64,000 bases of DNA. Source: an uncultured Akkermansia sp. Its GTDB lineage: Bacteria > Verrucomicrobiota > Verrucomicrobiia > Verrucomicrobiales > Akkermansiaceae. Position numbers and translations under genes: made by a program. The stretch spans positions 34,127-98,126 of the forward strand of contig CANRJD010000001.1 in assembly GCA_947630815.1 (NCBI GenBank). The letters are read 5' to 3'. Within the stretch, counting starts at the first letter, position 1; every line of letters begins with the position of its first letter. Under the pieces are notes generated by a model. That model was not told the origin of the DNA and did not search any database. It was given only the letters and a program-made list of their open reading frames with translations. Below, piece by piece: positions 40,344 to 50,577 of this stretch.

Positions 40344-42535
40344 TCACCACAACTTCGTCCGCGACAAGTGCTGCCGACAGCACGTCGACAGTGCCCCGCT
40401 TTTTCGCCTTGCCGAACCTCTCCAGCCAAGAGGTATCGCGCGTTGACCCCGTCGCCTCTGATGAGAAGCCGAGGAAGGATACAAAGGCCAGCCACACGGC
40501 ATACGCCACATCTCCGGACACGAAGGACTGTTTCCTGAGCTTCTATCAGGGCCAGCTCGAAGGCGTACGCGTGAGTAACAGTAACCCTGCAATATTTTTG
40601 CACGGTCTCCTTGCAGACTACGAGGCACCGCTCACGCAGGAGCAACGCTTGCGCTGCGTGGATAAGTGCAAAGTGAAGCCCACTTTTGTAAGCGAATCCT
40701 ACTCCGGGGGCACCCATGCCTTCTGGCTGTTTGAGGCTCCCGTGCCGCTGCTCGATGCCAGCAACACACATGAGTTTTTGGCCATCGCCAAGCGTGAACT
40801 GGCTATTGATCGCGCATTTGAGCAGTTCGACGAAACCGCATTCTTCAACACGGCTCAGTACTTCCACAGGGGTTGGAAGTGGACACCCACCGGGGCCGCT
40901 CCGATACCCATGGAGCGGCTGATGCTGTGGCTTAGTCGTTCATGGAAAAAGTACGATTGGGCCTCCCAAGGCGTAGAGATGCCCCTCAGTCGCGTGAAGG
41001 AGGAGGTTGACAAGCGATACCCTAGTCGTTGGTCCGGGGACTTTCGCGAGGGCTCGCGCGGCGTGCGTTTTTGGGACCCTACGGCTGACAATCCCACGGC
41101 AGCCGTCGTCACCCCCAGCGGCATGATATGCTACACGGGCGGTACCAGCTTTATGTCGTGGAATGCCATCTTTGGCGATAACTTCTGCGAAAGCTACGAA
41201 AGCGAGACCGAGGGGGCGGCCCTGCGTGATTGCTACTGCGTCAATGACAAGTTCTGGCACCGCCAAAAGTGCGTCAGTGACACCGTGAAGCGTCCGCGCT
41301 GGCGCTGCTATAACCGTACCAATGCTGAGTCTTTGCTGGCCGAAAAATACAGCCTGCGCCGTCGCCGTAAGCCTGGTGAAGACGCTTCGCAGCTGGAACG
41401 TGTTATCAGCACCGTTATCAGCATGAAGACGCTGGACGGTGCCGTGCCAATACTCTTCTCCGATGAGGAGACCGCAACTATCAATGGACGCACCTATCTC
41501 AACATCAGCGTGGTTGAGGCCATGCAGCCCGAGCGCACCAAGGGAAAACACTGGGGAGACGGTTTTCCGTGGCTTGCGGAGTTTCTGGAGAATCTTCTCG
41601 GTGACTCCGACAAGCGGCAGCTGATGGCCTTCATGAGCTGGTTGGCCTACGCGTACCAAGGAGCATTGAAACACAAGCCACGCCGCGGGCAAGCCGTTTT
41701 TATTGCCGGTGGTGCCGGTACAGGTAAATCCTTCTTGTCCGAGTGCATATTGACCCCTCTGTTCGGCGGTAGCTTCGATGCCACCGATTTTCTGTGCGGT
41801 CGCACCCGCTTTAACCGCGAGCTGTTTAGCTGCGGCCTTTGGACGATCAACGATGCCACCCCACTGAAGGACACCAGCTCCCACGAGCATTATTCTGCCA
41901 TGGTGAAGAAGCTCGTGGCCAACAGCACCTTTGCATTCGAGGGCAAGTTCATAGAATCGGAAAAGATACCGTGGCTGGGGCGCGTGGTGGTCACCTGTAA
42001 CACCGATGCTGAAAGCCTACGCATTCTACCGGTGGTGGATATCAATAACTCCGACAAACTCATGTTCTTTCGCAGCACCGACAAGGAGCTGGAGGAAAAG
42101 GACCCCGAATCGAAGGTCGCAGCAGAGCTGCCCGCCTTTGCCAACTATCTGGCCAACTACGAGATACCGAAGGAGTGTCAGGGTGGCGCCCGCTTCGGTG
42201 TCGCGGGATACATGCACCCGGACCTCAAATCGGCGGCAGAGGAACAAGGCGCAAGCGGTACCTTCGCCGAGATCTTGGATACCTTCCTGCGAGGGTACTT
42301 CATGGAGCCAGACGTGAACGAGCTACGAGGAACCGCCAGCGAAATTTTCTCACTGATGAGCAACGATGAAGCCGTCCGACCTCTTGTGGACAGGTGGCTT
42401 AACCCCATATCGGTGGGCACACGTATGGGGCAGCTGCGTGCCCGTGGTAAGTATCCATTGGAGCAAAACGGCCGCACGTGGCGCATCACCAAGGCCGACT
42501 TCATCAAGTACCGGGAAGGAGGGCCGCAGCAATGA
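40340..42535 (+). CDS. Primase-helicase-like protein
   Basis: ADYE...SYSGGTH AEP-like motifs; C-terminal P-loop GGAGTGKS. Confidence 0.75.
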   Translation: MITTTSSATSAADSTSTVPRFFALPNLSSQEVSRVDPVASDEKPRKDTKASHTAYATSPDTKDCFLSFYQGQLEGVRVSNSNPAIFLHGLLADYEAPLTQEQRLRCVDKCKVKPTFVSESYSGGTHAFWLFEAPVPLLDASNTHEFLAIAKRELAIDRAFEQFDETAFFNTAQYFHRGWKWTPTGAAPIPMERLMLWLSRSWKKYDWASQGVEMPLSRVKEEVDKRYPSRWSGDFREGSRGVRFWDPTADNPTAAVVTPSGMICYTGGTSFMSWNAIFGDNFCESYESETEGAALRDCYCVNDKFWHRQKCVSDTVKRPRWRCYNRTNAESLLAEKYSLRRRRKPGEDASQLERVISTVISMKTLDGAVPILFSDEETATINGRTYLNISVVEAMQPERTKGKHWGDGFPWLAEFLENLLGDSDKRQLMAFMSWLAYAYQGALKHKPRRGQAVFIAGGAGTGKSFLSECILTPLFGGSFDATDFLCGRTRFNRELFSCGLWTINDATPLKDTSSHEHYSAMVKKLVANSTFAFEGKFIESEKIPWLGRVVVTCNTDAESLRILPVVDINNSDKLMFFRSTDKELEEKDPESKVAAELPAFANYLANYEIPKECQGGARFGVAGYMHPDLKSAAEEQGASGTFAEILDTFLRGYFMEPDVNELRGTASEIFSLMSNDEAVRPLVDRWLNPISVGTRMGQLRARGKYPLEQNGRTWRITKADFIKYREGGPQQ

Positions 42536-42559
42536 GGAGTAACACGGCACAGAGCGGCA

Positions 42560-42785
42560 TCGTTACCCTGTACCCCAACACCCTCCCATCAAGGGTGTTG
42601 GGAACGGTGCTACGTGTAGATATAGCTGTCTGTCAATTAGTTAGGCGACTCTGCTACACCCTTAACACCCTTATTTTCAAATCTAATAGGGGAAATAATA
42701 ATAAGGAGAAGCATGGAGGCGTAAATAGAAATATATATAAGAGTCCAAACCGGGGGTGTAGGTGCAAAGGTGTAGAAGGGAGGTG
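42560..42785. other. Candidate phage replication origin
   Basis: ACACC/GGTGT repeats in both orientations around an AT-rich core, directly after the primase. Confidence 0.5.
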
Positions 42786-42791
42786 CCGACC

Positions 42792-43325
42792 ATGAGCCGC
42801 CGCGATTCGTATGCCGCCCGCGAACATGCCCGCAACCGTGCCTACAAGGAAGCGTATCAATCGGAGGAATTCATCCGGTGGGTGGCATCGCTGACACCGG
42901 AGCAACGCGAGAATGCCGAGCGCCTGGGCCTGCTTACCTACCAGCTTGATAAGGAGAGCAGCGGGCGCAGCGTGGAGGACTTGCCGCCCTCATTAGCCCC
43001 GCGTACGGAGGATGCACCAGTGGAGGAGATCGCCAATGCCAGCGACACGCTTGAAGCTGAATCCGAGCTCGCCGCGGCCCAATGCCGCATGCTACGCTCT
43101 TTCCTCATGCGCAACAACAACCCGGAGCTGCAGTGGGCTTGCATGTGCTATCTGGCTGGCAACGGTACCTGCGAAGCACACGCCGAGCGCCTCGGTATAT
43201 CCAAGCAGGACTTTCATTACCACGCGGCCAATGCCCAGCAGGTTTTAGGCATTACCCGCCGCGCGGGCCAACGCTCCGCCCGGGCCCGTCAATCATACCG
43301 CATGATGAACCGACGACGGTCCTGA
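42792..43325 (+). CDS. Hypothetical protein with a C-terminal sigma-region-4-like HTH
   Basis: TCEAHAERLGISKQDFHYHA. Confidence 0.55.
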   Translation: MSRRDSYAAREHARNRAYKEAYQSEEFIRWVASLTPEQRENAERLGLLTYQLDKESSGRSVEDLPPSLAPRTEDAPVEEIANASDTLEAESELAAAQCRMLRSFLMRNNNPELQWACMCYLAGNGTCEAHAERLGISKQDFHYHAANAQQVLGITRRAGQRSARARQSYRMMNRRRS

Positions 43326-43345
43326 TTTGACATGCCGACCTCGGC

Positions 43346-44131
43346 ATGGACACAGCGACAGAAACCTCCAGCATGGCCCACGATACCAAGCAGCTTGCCC
43401 CTGCATCAGAGGATGCTTATCTTGTTGACAAGACAAGCACATTTGGTGCCGTGCGAAGCGGGCTGGCGGGCATCGAATTTACCGGCACCGGCTTGGTGAT
43501 TTCAACACCTACCGTGAGCGAGGAGGACTACAACGACATGTTCAACATGGTGCTCTCTCTGAATAAATCATGCCATTGGCTTCTAGGTGATGCGCTGCTC
43601 CTTGGTGATACCCAGTGGGGGAACCAGTACACAGAGTCGAAGTACGATGACGCCCGTAAGGCGACCGGCCTTTCTCTTAGTACACTGCGTAACATCGTCT
43701 ACACTTGCAAGAAGTTCCCCCGCAGCGCACGTCACAGCGACCTGAGCTTTACGCATCATCTGGAGGCGGCATCTATCAAGGATTCACCCGAGGCACGCGA
43801 AAGCGTCCTCCGTGAAGCATCCTCCAAGAGGATGAGCGTGAAGGACCTGCGTTGCGTCGTTCGTGAGGTGAAAGCCGAGCGCATGACCGATGAGGCCAAG
43901 GAGAAAATATGCCCCAATGATGACCGCCCCTTTGGCGTGCTGAGCCTGCCCACCAAGGAGGAGGCAGCCTCTGCGCTTCCTATTGCCTTTGAACTGGACA
44001 AGGCCGTGGTGTGGTTGCTCAAGAATCCGGTTGATAGCCTGACGCCTGAGCACCGCATCCAGCTGCAGGAGCGGCTGGCCCCGATTGTTGCGTATGCCGC
44101 CCAGCTCACCGAGGCCGGAGTACATCATTGA
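43346..44131 (+). CDS. Hypothetical phage protein
   Basis: WLLGD...LSFTHH motif pattern. Confidence 0.7.
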   Translation: MDTATETSSMAHDTKQLAPASEDAYLVDKTSTFGAVRSGLAGIEFTGTGLVISTPTVSEEDYNDMFNMVLSLNKSCHWLLGDALLLGDTQWGNQYTESKYDDARKATGLSLSTLRNIVYTCKKFPRSARHSDLSFTHHLEAASIKDSPEARESVLREASSKRMSVKDLRCVVREVKAERMTDEAKEKICPNDDRPFGVLSLPTKEEAASALPIAFELDKAVVWLLKNPVDSLTPEHRIQLQERLAPIVAYAAQLTEAGVHH

Positions 44132-44309
44132 TTGCTGATTTGACACGCTGACAGGAGTATGAAAGCGTCGCTCCAGACAAATGTCGCCGCTCAGGCGCCT
44201 GCGGAGAGTCGTTCCCCTCGGGACAGGAGGGGTATGAAGGCTTCCAGCGCGTGCTGAGTCTCTCTCGGACTCGACTCTTTTTGAAGGTTTGAGCGAGAAT
44301 TATTTTTTA

Positions 44310-44449
44310 CGGCTTCCCACTTTTTCGCCCATCGCCGTCAGGCCTCTGGGAAGCCGCAAATATCTGACGGCGATGGGCTCCAACGTCGGCTAAAGGACAT
44401 AAGTGCATAGTTACCGGGCGGGAAGTTCAGCACGAATTTTCCGCCCGGT
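44310..44449. ncRNA. Candidate structured RNA/DNA element (pseudoknot plus hairpin)
   Basis: Interleaved 10-bp and 15-bp perfect complementarities, then a 16-bp hairpin. Confidence 0.4.
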
Positions 44450-44529
44450 TTCTGCTACAAATCGCTTTGCAATAAGACACAACGGATGGATTGCTTTCCA
44501 CCCCGCATCGAGGTAATTAAATTGTCGTT

Positions 44530-44856
44530 ATGAACACAAATCCTACATCTAAAAAGGAGTTTGAGCCCCTCTTTGAGCCTGGTCGGTTACTTATTCACCG
44601 CTTGTTGATGAGCTATGCCGACCAAGGGCATTTTACGCATTATGATCTCATGTACGCGTTCTATCGCCACATGACCGGTGACTTCGGCAACCTCTGTGCC
44701 TCTGATAAGCAGGCCAACCGCGATGCCATCCGTACCGGTGACCGCATCCTATCGAAGTACCGCTTGCCTCACGGCCACGACGTCTACATTGAAACCACCG
44801 CCGTGTACGAGGGCAGGCGTGAAAGCACCACTATCTACCCCTGCAGTGAATATTGA
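44530..44856 (+). CDS. Conserved hypothetical phage/plasmid protein
   Basis: RH..GDFG.LC..DK.AN..A...G.RILS.Y motif. Confidence 0.75.
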   Translation: MNTNPTSKKEFEPLFEPGRLLIHRLLMSYADQGHFTHYDLMYAFYRHMTGDFGNLCASDKQANRDAIRTGDRILSKYRLPHGHDVYIETTAVYEGRRESTTIYPCSEY

Positions 44857-45036
44857 TACCTTTGGCCATGTACGAGTACCGTATTTCGTGACTGATTCCG
44901 GGCGAGAGGTGCCGAAATTGCATAAATCATTGAAAACAAGCAGAGAAAATTGTGCTTTTGTTGCTTTTTCCTCTGGCTTTTATCGTGATGCAGGAGTAAA
45001 TTAACACCGACAAGAACCATAAACCACTTAGATTCA

Positions 45037-45381
45037 ATGACACTCAAAGAACTACAGTACCGCGCCGGATTTGACCTCGCTTCCTTCTTTGCCGCTCAGG
45101 AGAACTTCATAGAGGCCATGGAGGATCTGCGCAAGTATCACCGCAAGAACGCAAACCGTACGGCCTGCGCCGAGCTGATGGCCACTCGTGTTGCCGAGAT
45201 TGGCGGATTCGCTGCTCAGATACTCGCCAAGGAGCGGAAAGAAAATACTTCCTCCTGCGATAATATGCTGGAAAATGCCCAGTTTGCCGCCCGTAACCTG
45301 CTGCACCAGTACTCCAAAATATCCGCTTACAGAATCCCGGTGGACCCGGACATCATCACCGAGGCCCAGTCCATTCTGTAA
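45037..45381 (+). CDS. Hypothetical protein
   Basis: Clean ORF with a good AT-rich upstream region. Confidence 0.6.
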   Translation: MTLKELQYRAGFDLASFFAAQENFIEAMEDLRKYHRKNANRTACAELMATRVAEIGGFAAQILAKERKENTSSCDNMLENAQFAARNLLHQYSKISAYRIPVDPDIITEAQSIL

Positions 45382-45449
45382 GAGGCACCCCCGTCATTTA
45401 CACCGGCCCCGAGGGAGAGGGTCGGTGCACTTGGCCATCACTGATTGCA

Positions 45450-45809
45450 TTATGGCATGCTCTGCCATATTCTTTCCAGCGTTGAATTGATGTCTCTAAG
45501 CTCCGATGAGTTGTCGGGAGTGTATATATCATCAATCTCTTTCTTAATACCATCGAGTGAGCTTTCTATATTTCGCAGCTTGGAAGATATATCTCTTAGC
45601 TCATACGAATAATCTTGGTAGCTATGTCCCGCATCAATGCTTCGTACAGCTTTAATAACTTGGGTTTGGTTGTACGCCATGTATCCGAGAAGCGCAAGGC
45701 CCGTGATAATGTAAACGTGAACCATAGCCCCCATACCTCGACGTCCGGGCTTGGGCTGGTCCTTGTTTTCTGAAGATGCTGTAGTGTTCGCAATTGATTC
45801 TTCTTTCAT
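45450..45809 (-). CDS. Single-TM coiled-coil protein (moron)
   Basis: Antisense to the phage operon, lower GC; TM VYIITGLALLGYMAY; ELRDI twice. Confidence 0.6.
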   Translation of the reverse strand: MKEESIANTTASSENKDQPKPGRRGMGAMVHVYIITGLALLGYMAYNQTQVIKAVRSIDAGHSYQDYSYELRDISSKLRNIESSLDGIKKEIDDIYTPDNSSELRDINSTLERIWQSMP

Positions 45810-45883
45810 GCTTTCAGTATATCGAATAGTGCACGCTATTGCAATACAAATAGCCGCTATCATTTGACACCGGGGCCTGAGGT

Positions 45884-46501
45884 ATGGGCTCCGGTGTCAT
45901 TTCTCGCGAAGTTGCCGACAAGATACTCGATGCCGACTTCGCCAACATTGTGCAGAAGGTTAAGGACGGTAAGACGCTATCCTCAACCGAGCGTGCCCGC
46001 GTACAGGCCCGTGCGGCCGGTAGTACCGAGACGCTATCGGTGGCCAAGACGGTTGTGGAGCTAGCCGCCGCGTTGGGTGTCACACGTCGAACAATTAGCG
46101 CGTGGCGTAAATTACCGGGGGCCCCGCAGCCCGCCGCCAACGGTAGCCATTCCGTGACCGCATGGCGTGATTTCGTCCGCGAGAATAGCCTGAAGGGAAG
46201 CGGTGAAATCACTGGTGGTCAGGTAGAAGCCCTGAAGGCACGCAAACTATTGGCTGAGGTGGAAGAACGCGAGTTGAAAGTGGCCGTGAAAAAAGGCGAG
46301 TACGTTCTCATTGAAGACGTGCGCCGCCGGTGGGTGATGCTGGTGGGCAAGGCTATTGCCCTCATGCGCGCCAAGTTCGAGAACGAGCTGCCGCCCATCA
46401 TGAGCGGGCTCGATGCCCAAGGAATCCGGGAGGAATCCGGCAAAGCAATCGATGAGATTTGCCGCTTGCTCCATACGGGAGAAGGAGAAAAATCGGCATG
46501 A
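45884..46501 (+). CDS. Terminase small subunit (Nu1-like)
   Basis: HTH ELAAALGVTRRTISAW, LKARKL...EL...KGEY; upstream of the large subunit. Confidence 0.75.
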   Translation: MGSGVISREVADKILDADFANIVQKVKDGKTLSSTERARVQARAAGSTETLSVAKTVVELAAALGVTRRTISAWRKLPGAPQPAANGSHSVTAWRDFVRENSLKGSGEITGGQVEALKARKLLAEVEERELKVAVKKGEYVLIEDVRRRWVMLVGKAIALMRAKFENELPPIMSGLDAQGIREESGKAIDEICRLLHTGEGEKSA

Positions 46502-46818
46502 GCTCGGTATTGGAAAATCGCTTTCTTCACCTGTGGGAACACAAAGGCGGGGCACCGTTGGAGCGTGAGTACCGCTTTCACCCGGAGCGCCGATGGAAGG
46601 CCGACTTTGCCCACCTTGGTAGCCGCACCATTATCGAAATCGAAGGCGGTGTCTGGTGCCATGGTCGTCATACGTCACCCAAGGGCTTCATGGCAGACGC
46701 CGAGAAATACCTCACGGCTACATTGTCCGGTTGGACTGTAATACGCCTGACATCACCCCAGCTAACACCGGAAATCATTGAGCAGGTAATCGAATATGTC
46801 CGCAGCAGAGAAACTTGA
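46498..46818 (+). CDS. Small PD-(D/E)XK endonuclease
   Basis: EYRFHPERRWKADFA...IEIEGG...EKY...GW. Confidence 0.8.
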   Translation: MSSVLENRFLHLWEHKGGAPLEREYRFHPERRWKADFAHLGSRTIIEIEGGVWCHGRHTSPKGFMADAEKYLTATLSGWTVIRLTSPQLTPEIIEQVIEYVRSRET

Positions 46819-48547
46819 CCGTATATGGAGGGAGGCATGGAGACCTCCGGACCGCCAACCCGTGTGGAGGTGGGCCGAGGAACACGTGCGCTCCATACCG
46901 TACAGTCCGATGCCCGGACGTTTTCGCGTTGAAAACTCCCCCATGATTAGGGAGGTCATGGAGGCTATCGTTGACCCGCGTATACGTCTGGTCAGCATCA
47001 TTGCATCCGTGCAGAGCAGCAAGACGACCGCGCCGGAAATAACCCTCTGCTACATCATTGCCAATTTACCCGGGCCCACGCTTTGGCTGGACCAGACCGA
47101 CGAGGATGCCAAAGACCAAAGCGAAGGACGCCTCCAAAAGCTTTTTGATGAATGCGCCCCGGTGCGCGAGCTATACCCGGCCGACCGTAACAAGAAGCGC
47201 AATGCCACCATACACTTTGCAAACGGCATGACCCTGTGGGTGGCCGGTGCCCACAATAAGAGCAACCTGCAGCGCCGCTCTATCCGCTGGCTCATCGGTG
47301 ATGAAACGTGGCGGTGGCCCGCTGGGCACATGGCTGAAGCCGAGGCCCGCGTGACCGCTTTCGGTTGGCTGGGCAAGTGCATCTTCATGAGCCAAGGCGG
47401 CTTTGAGGGAGACGATACCCATCGCAAGCATGATACCACCGACCAGAGGGAATGGCACTTCGTCTGCCCTCATTGCGGGGCCCGGCAGCCGTACCTGTGG
47501 CGCAATGTTCAGTGGGCCAAAGATTGCCAAACTGATGACGGAGAGTACGACTACCGTTATGTCCGTGATACCGCGCGTCTGGTGTGCAATAAGTGCTCGC
47601 ATGAGTTTGAGGATACCGATGAGAACAGACGCAGGCTCAATGCCTCTGGGTGCTTTGTTGCCCGTAACACCAAGGCGGCCAAGGAGAATGTCGGTTTTCA
47701 TTGGAACGCGTTATCCACTATGTCTTGGGGGGAACTGGCCGAAATGTACCTGCGCGCCAAGGTAGCCGCCAAGAAGGGTGATATCACGCTTCTGCAGCAA
47801 TTCTACCAGAAGCGCTTGGGCCTGCCGTGGAACGAGTTCACCGAGGATTACACGATTGAGCAAAGCCTGTCCGACTATCTCATGGACGAGCCTTGGGAGG
47901 AGGAAGGCAAGTTCAACGGTGTGCCACTCCGTGTGCTGACTGTCGACGTGCAGAAGGACCATTTCTACACCGTAGTGCGGGCATGGAGCCCCACAGGTTC
48001 ATCCCGCCTGATTCACTGTGAAAAGGTATTCTCGTGGGAGGCTCTTCGCGGGCTGCAGAAGCTCCACGGAGTCAATGATAATCTGGTCTTTCTGGACTGC
48101 GGTTACAGTACATACGACGTGTACGCGAAGTGCGCTGAATGCGGGTGGTATGCCCTTATGGGTGACCGCAAATCAACCTTCACTCACCGGACCAAAAACG
48201 GAAAGATGATTCAGCGCTTCTATTCGCCCAAGCGACGCGTCAGCGTAAGCCGCGACCGCGTGGCCACCATGTTCTATTGGAGCAATCTCAACATCAAGGA
48301 TTCACTGGCCCGACTGCGTAAGAATATCGACGGCCCCACGTGGGAGGTACCAAAAGACGCGCCCCAGGATTATCTCGATCAACTGGATTCAGAGCACCGC
48401 GTGTTTGAGCGTGGACGCTGGATCTGGAAGCAGAACCGTAATCGGGCCAACCACTATTTTGATTGTGAGGCCATGCAGGTGGCCGTTGCCAGCATGCTGA
48501 AACTCATTGGACAGGAAAATGCCAATGAGGATGGGGCCTCTATGTAA
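46796..48547 (+). CDS. Terminase large subunit (lambda gpA family)
   Basis: SVQSSKT, GDE, CPHCG, VDVQ, FLDCGY, NHYFDCE. Confidence 0.92.
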   Translation: MSAAEKLDRIWREAWRPPDRQPVWRWAEEHVRSIPYSPMPGRFRVENSPMIREVMEAIVDPRIRLVSIIASVQSSKTTAPEITLCYIIANLPGPTLWLDQTDEDAKDQSEGRLQKLFDECAPVRELYPADRNKKRNATIHFANGMTLWVAGAHNKSNLQRRSIRWLIGDETWRWPAGHMAEAEARVTAFGWLGKCIFMSQGGFEGDDTHRKHDTTDQREWHFVCPHCGARQPYLWRNVQWAKDCQTDDGEYDYRYVRDTARLVCNKCSHEFEDTDENRRRLNASGCFVARNTKAAKENVGFHWNALSTMSWGELAEMYLRAKVAAKKGDITLLQQFYQKRLGLPWNEFTEDYTIEQSLSDYLMDEPWEEEGKFNGVPLRVLTVDVQKDHFYTVVRAWSPTGSSRLIHCEKVFSWEALRGLQKLHGVNDNLVFLDCGYSTYDVYAKCAECGWYALMGDRKSTFTHRTKNGKMIQRFYSPKRRVSVSRDRVATMFYWSNLNIKDSLARLRKNIDGPTWEVPKDAPQDYLDQLDSEHRVFERGRWIWKQNRNRANHYFDCEAMQVAVASMLKLIGQENANEDGASM

Positions 48548-48835
48548 GCAAGGTTTCAATAATCGTAGTGGGCGTCTTTCTGCTCGCAGTATCCGTGGGA
48601 CAGGACATCATCTCGAGCTTTCAGCCACTGCTTTATCTCTTTTCGTCGTTCGTTGGCCGCGCATAAAGCACTCTCCAAGAACTAAAAACGCCACATTTGA
48701 CTCCATGTGACGCGATTGCTAGGGCTCCGCGTTAGTTTTCCCAGACCGGGGTGTTCCTACCCTTGTTGACGCCGTTGGAGGCCTTGCTGGGCGTAATACA
48801 TCTAACCGTCACCTTTTGACATGCCAGCTGGGGGT

Positions 48836-49420
48836 ATGGATATCCCGATTTTCTGCGCACACACGAAACAAGAAGACACGGCAGCCTTAGTGCCGAACCC
48901 GCGCAACCCCAACACGCACCCGAAGAAGCAGATTGAGCTTCTCGCCAAAATTATCAAGGCACAGGGCTGGCGTAATCCCATCGTTGTATCGAACCGCTCC
49001 GGCTTTGTGGTAAAAGGCCACGGTCGGCTTGCAGCCGCACAACTACTGGGCTGCGATAAGGTCCCGGTTGATTATCAGGACTACGCCAACGAGGCTATTG
49101 AATGGGCCGACATGGTGGCCGATAACCGCATCGCTGAACTGGCTGAGCTCGACGACAATACACTCAAGAGCGTGCTTGAAGATTTGCGGGGCCGGATTGA
49201 TATCGACCTGACGGGCTTTACCGTGCCGGACATCGAAGCCATGCTGGAGGAGAAGCAAGGGGGCAACGCCGAGAGCGAGGACAGCATAGGTGATACCGAG
49301 GGTATCACCGTCTCTCAGCAGTACGGTGTCATCGTCATGTGTGAATCCGAAGGCGAACAGGAGAAGACATACAACAAGCTCGTAGAAATGGGCTACACCT
49401 GCAAGGTTGTTGCCGTATGA
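48836..49420 (+). CDS. ParB-N/Srx-like domain protein
   Basis: LVPNPRNPNTHP, GWRNPIVV, GHGRLAAA, ADNRIAE. Confidence 0.88.
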   Translation: MDIPIFCAHTKQEDTAALVPNPRNPNTHPKKQIELLAKIIKAQGWRNPIVVSNRSGFVVKGHGRLAAAQLLGCDKVPVDYQDYANEAIEWADMVADNRIAELAELDDNTLKSVLEDLRGRIDIDLTGFTVPDIEAMLEEKQGGNAESEDSIGDTEGITVSQQYGVIVMCESEGEQEKTYNKLVEMGYTCKVVAV

Positions 49421-50577
49421 AGATAGAGGTACATAACCGCGTGGACGATTTCAACAGCTATCGTGCCGCACGAGTGAAAAGCCTGTTCAATGCCCAGAAC
49501 GGGTGCAACTTTGATTTGAGCATCGATGCCGACATGGGCGATGATTGGAATATCGGCGTTGTGGTTGGTCCCTCGGGCTCGGGCAAGACCAGTATCGGCA
49601 AGGTCATATTCGGTGAGAACCTGATACACGACTACACACGCGGGTGGGATGCCGACAAGCCTATTGTGGATTGCATTGCCCCCAATGGTGATTTCAATGA
49701 GGTTACCGGTGCGCTTGCCAGCGTAGGTCTTGGCGACGTGCCCGCATGGTTGCGTCCCTTTCACGTATTATCCAACGGCGAGCAATTCCGTGCGGGGCTG
49801 GCCCGCGTGCTTTGCGAGAAGCCGGAGCGTGTGGTCATGGATGAGTTCACCTCGGTGATTGACCGTCAGATTGCACGCATTGGCTCCATGGCGTTTGCCA
49901 AGAGCTGGAGACGCGGCAACCCCACAGGAAAAGTTGTTCTTCTTACCCCTCATTACGACGTGCTCGATTGGATTCAGCCGGACTGGATTATCGATACCAA
50001 GACCGGGCACTTTGAGAGGGGGTGTCTTCGGCGACCCTCATTTGAGCTCGAAATTATCAAGACGAACGGCAGTTATTGGAAGTACTTTAAGCCTCATTAC
50101 TATCTGAAATTGCCCATGCCTCCGGCCGCGGAGTACTTCGTGGGTCTTGTAAACGGTGAGCTGGCTTGTCATCTGGCCGTGTGCCCGTTCTTTACTGCCC
50201 CGGGGTACCGTGCAACCCGTCTGGTTACCATGCCGGAGTGGCAAGGTGCCGGTGTGGGTACCCGTTTTCTGAACTGGGTCTGCCAATACCATTTGGATGG
50301 CAAAGGCCGATGCGGCCGACACCTGCCGACCTATTTCCACACCAGCCACCCTCAACTGGTTGCTGCTTTGCGCCGCTCACAGCTCTGGATTCAGACCTCG
50401 GCCGTGTTGTACGGCGGAAACAAGGAGCGCAGCCGAAACTCGCTGCGCCGTTCACACAGAAAAAAGATGGTGCCCGGGAGGAACGGGAAAATAAAGACGC
50501 TGCCTATGGACGGTACCGGGTACGGTGGGCATTTCCGCGCCGTGCAAGGCTTCAAATACATAGGCAAACAATCATGA
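49417..50577 (+). CDS. ABC-type ATPase fused to a GNAT acyltransferase
   Basis: GPSGSGKT, LSNGEQ, MDEFTS; C-terminal RLVTMPEWQGAGVG; no TM segments. Confidence 0.85.
   Translation: MKIEVHNRVDDFNSYRAARVKSLFNAQNGCNFDLSIDADMGDDWNIGVVVGPSGSGKTSIGKVIFGENLIHDYTRGWDADKPIVDCIAPNGDFNEVTGALASVGLGDVPAWLRPFHVLSNGEQFRAGLARVLCEKPERVVMDEFTSVIDRQIARIGSMAFAKSWRRGNPTGKVVLLTPHYDVLDWIQPDWIIDTKTGHFERGCLRRPSFELEIIKTNGSYWKYFKPHYYLKLPMPPAAEYFVGLVNGELACHLAVCPFFTAPGYRATRLVTMPEWQGAGVGTRFLNWVCQYHLDGKGRCGRHLPTYFHTSHPQLVAALRRSQLWIQTSAVLYGGNKERSRNSLRRSHRKKMVPGRNGKIKTLPMDGTGYGGHFRAVQGFKYIGKQS

Noticed and set aside
44303-44378. Frameshift signal (TTTTTTA plus pseudoknot)
   Set aside because: No spacer between heptamer and stem, and no credible ORF through it
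44132-45883. cos site
   Set aside because: Expected near here for a gpA-type terminase, but I cannot identify it from sequence
49417-50577. ABC transporter
   Set aside because: No permease or TM segments; fused to a GNAT domain
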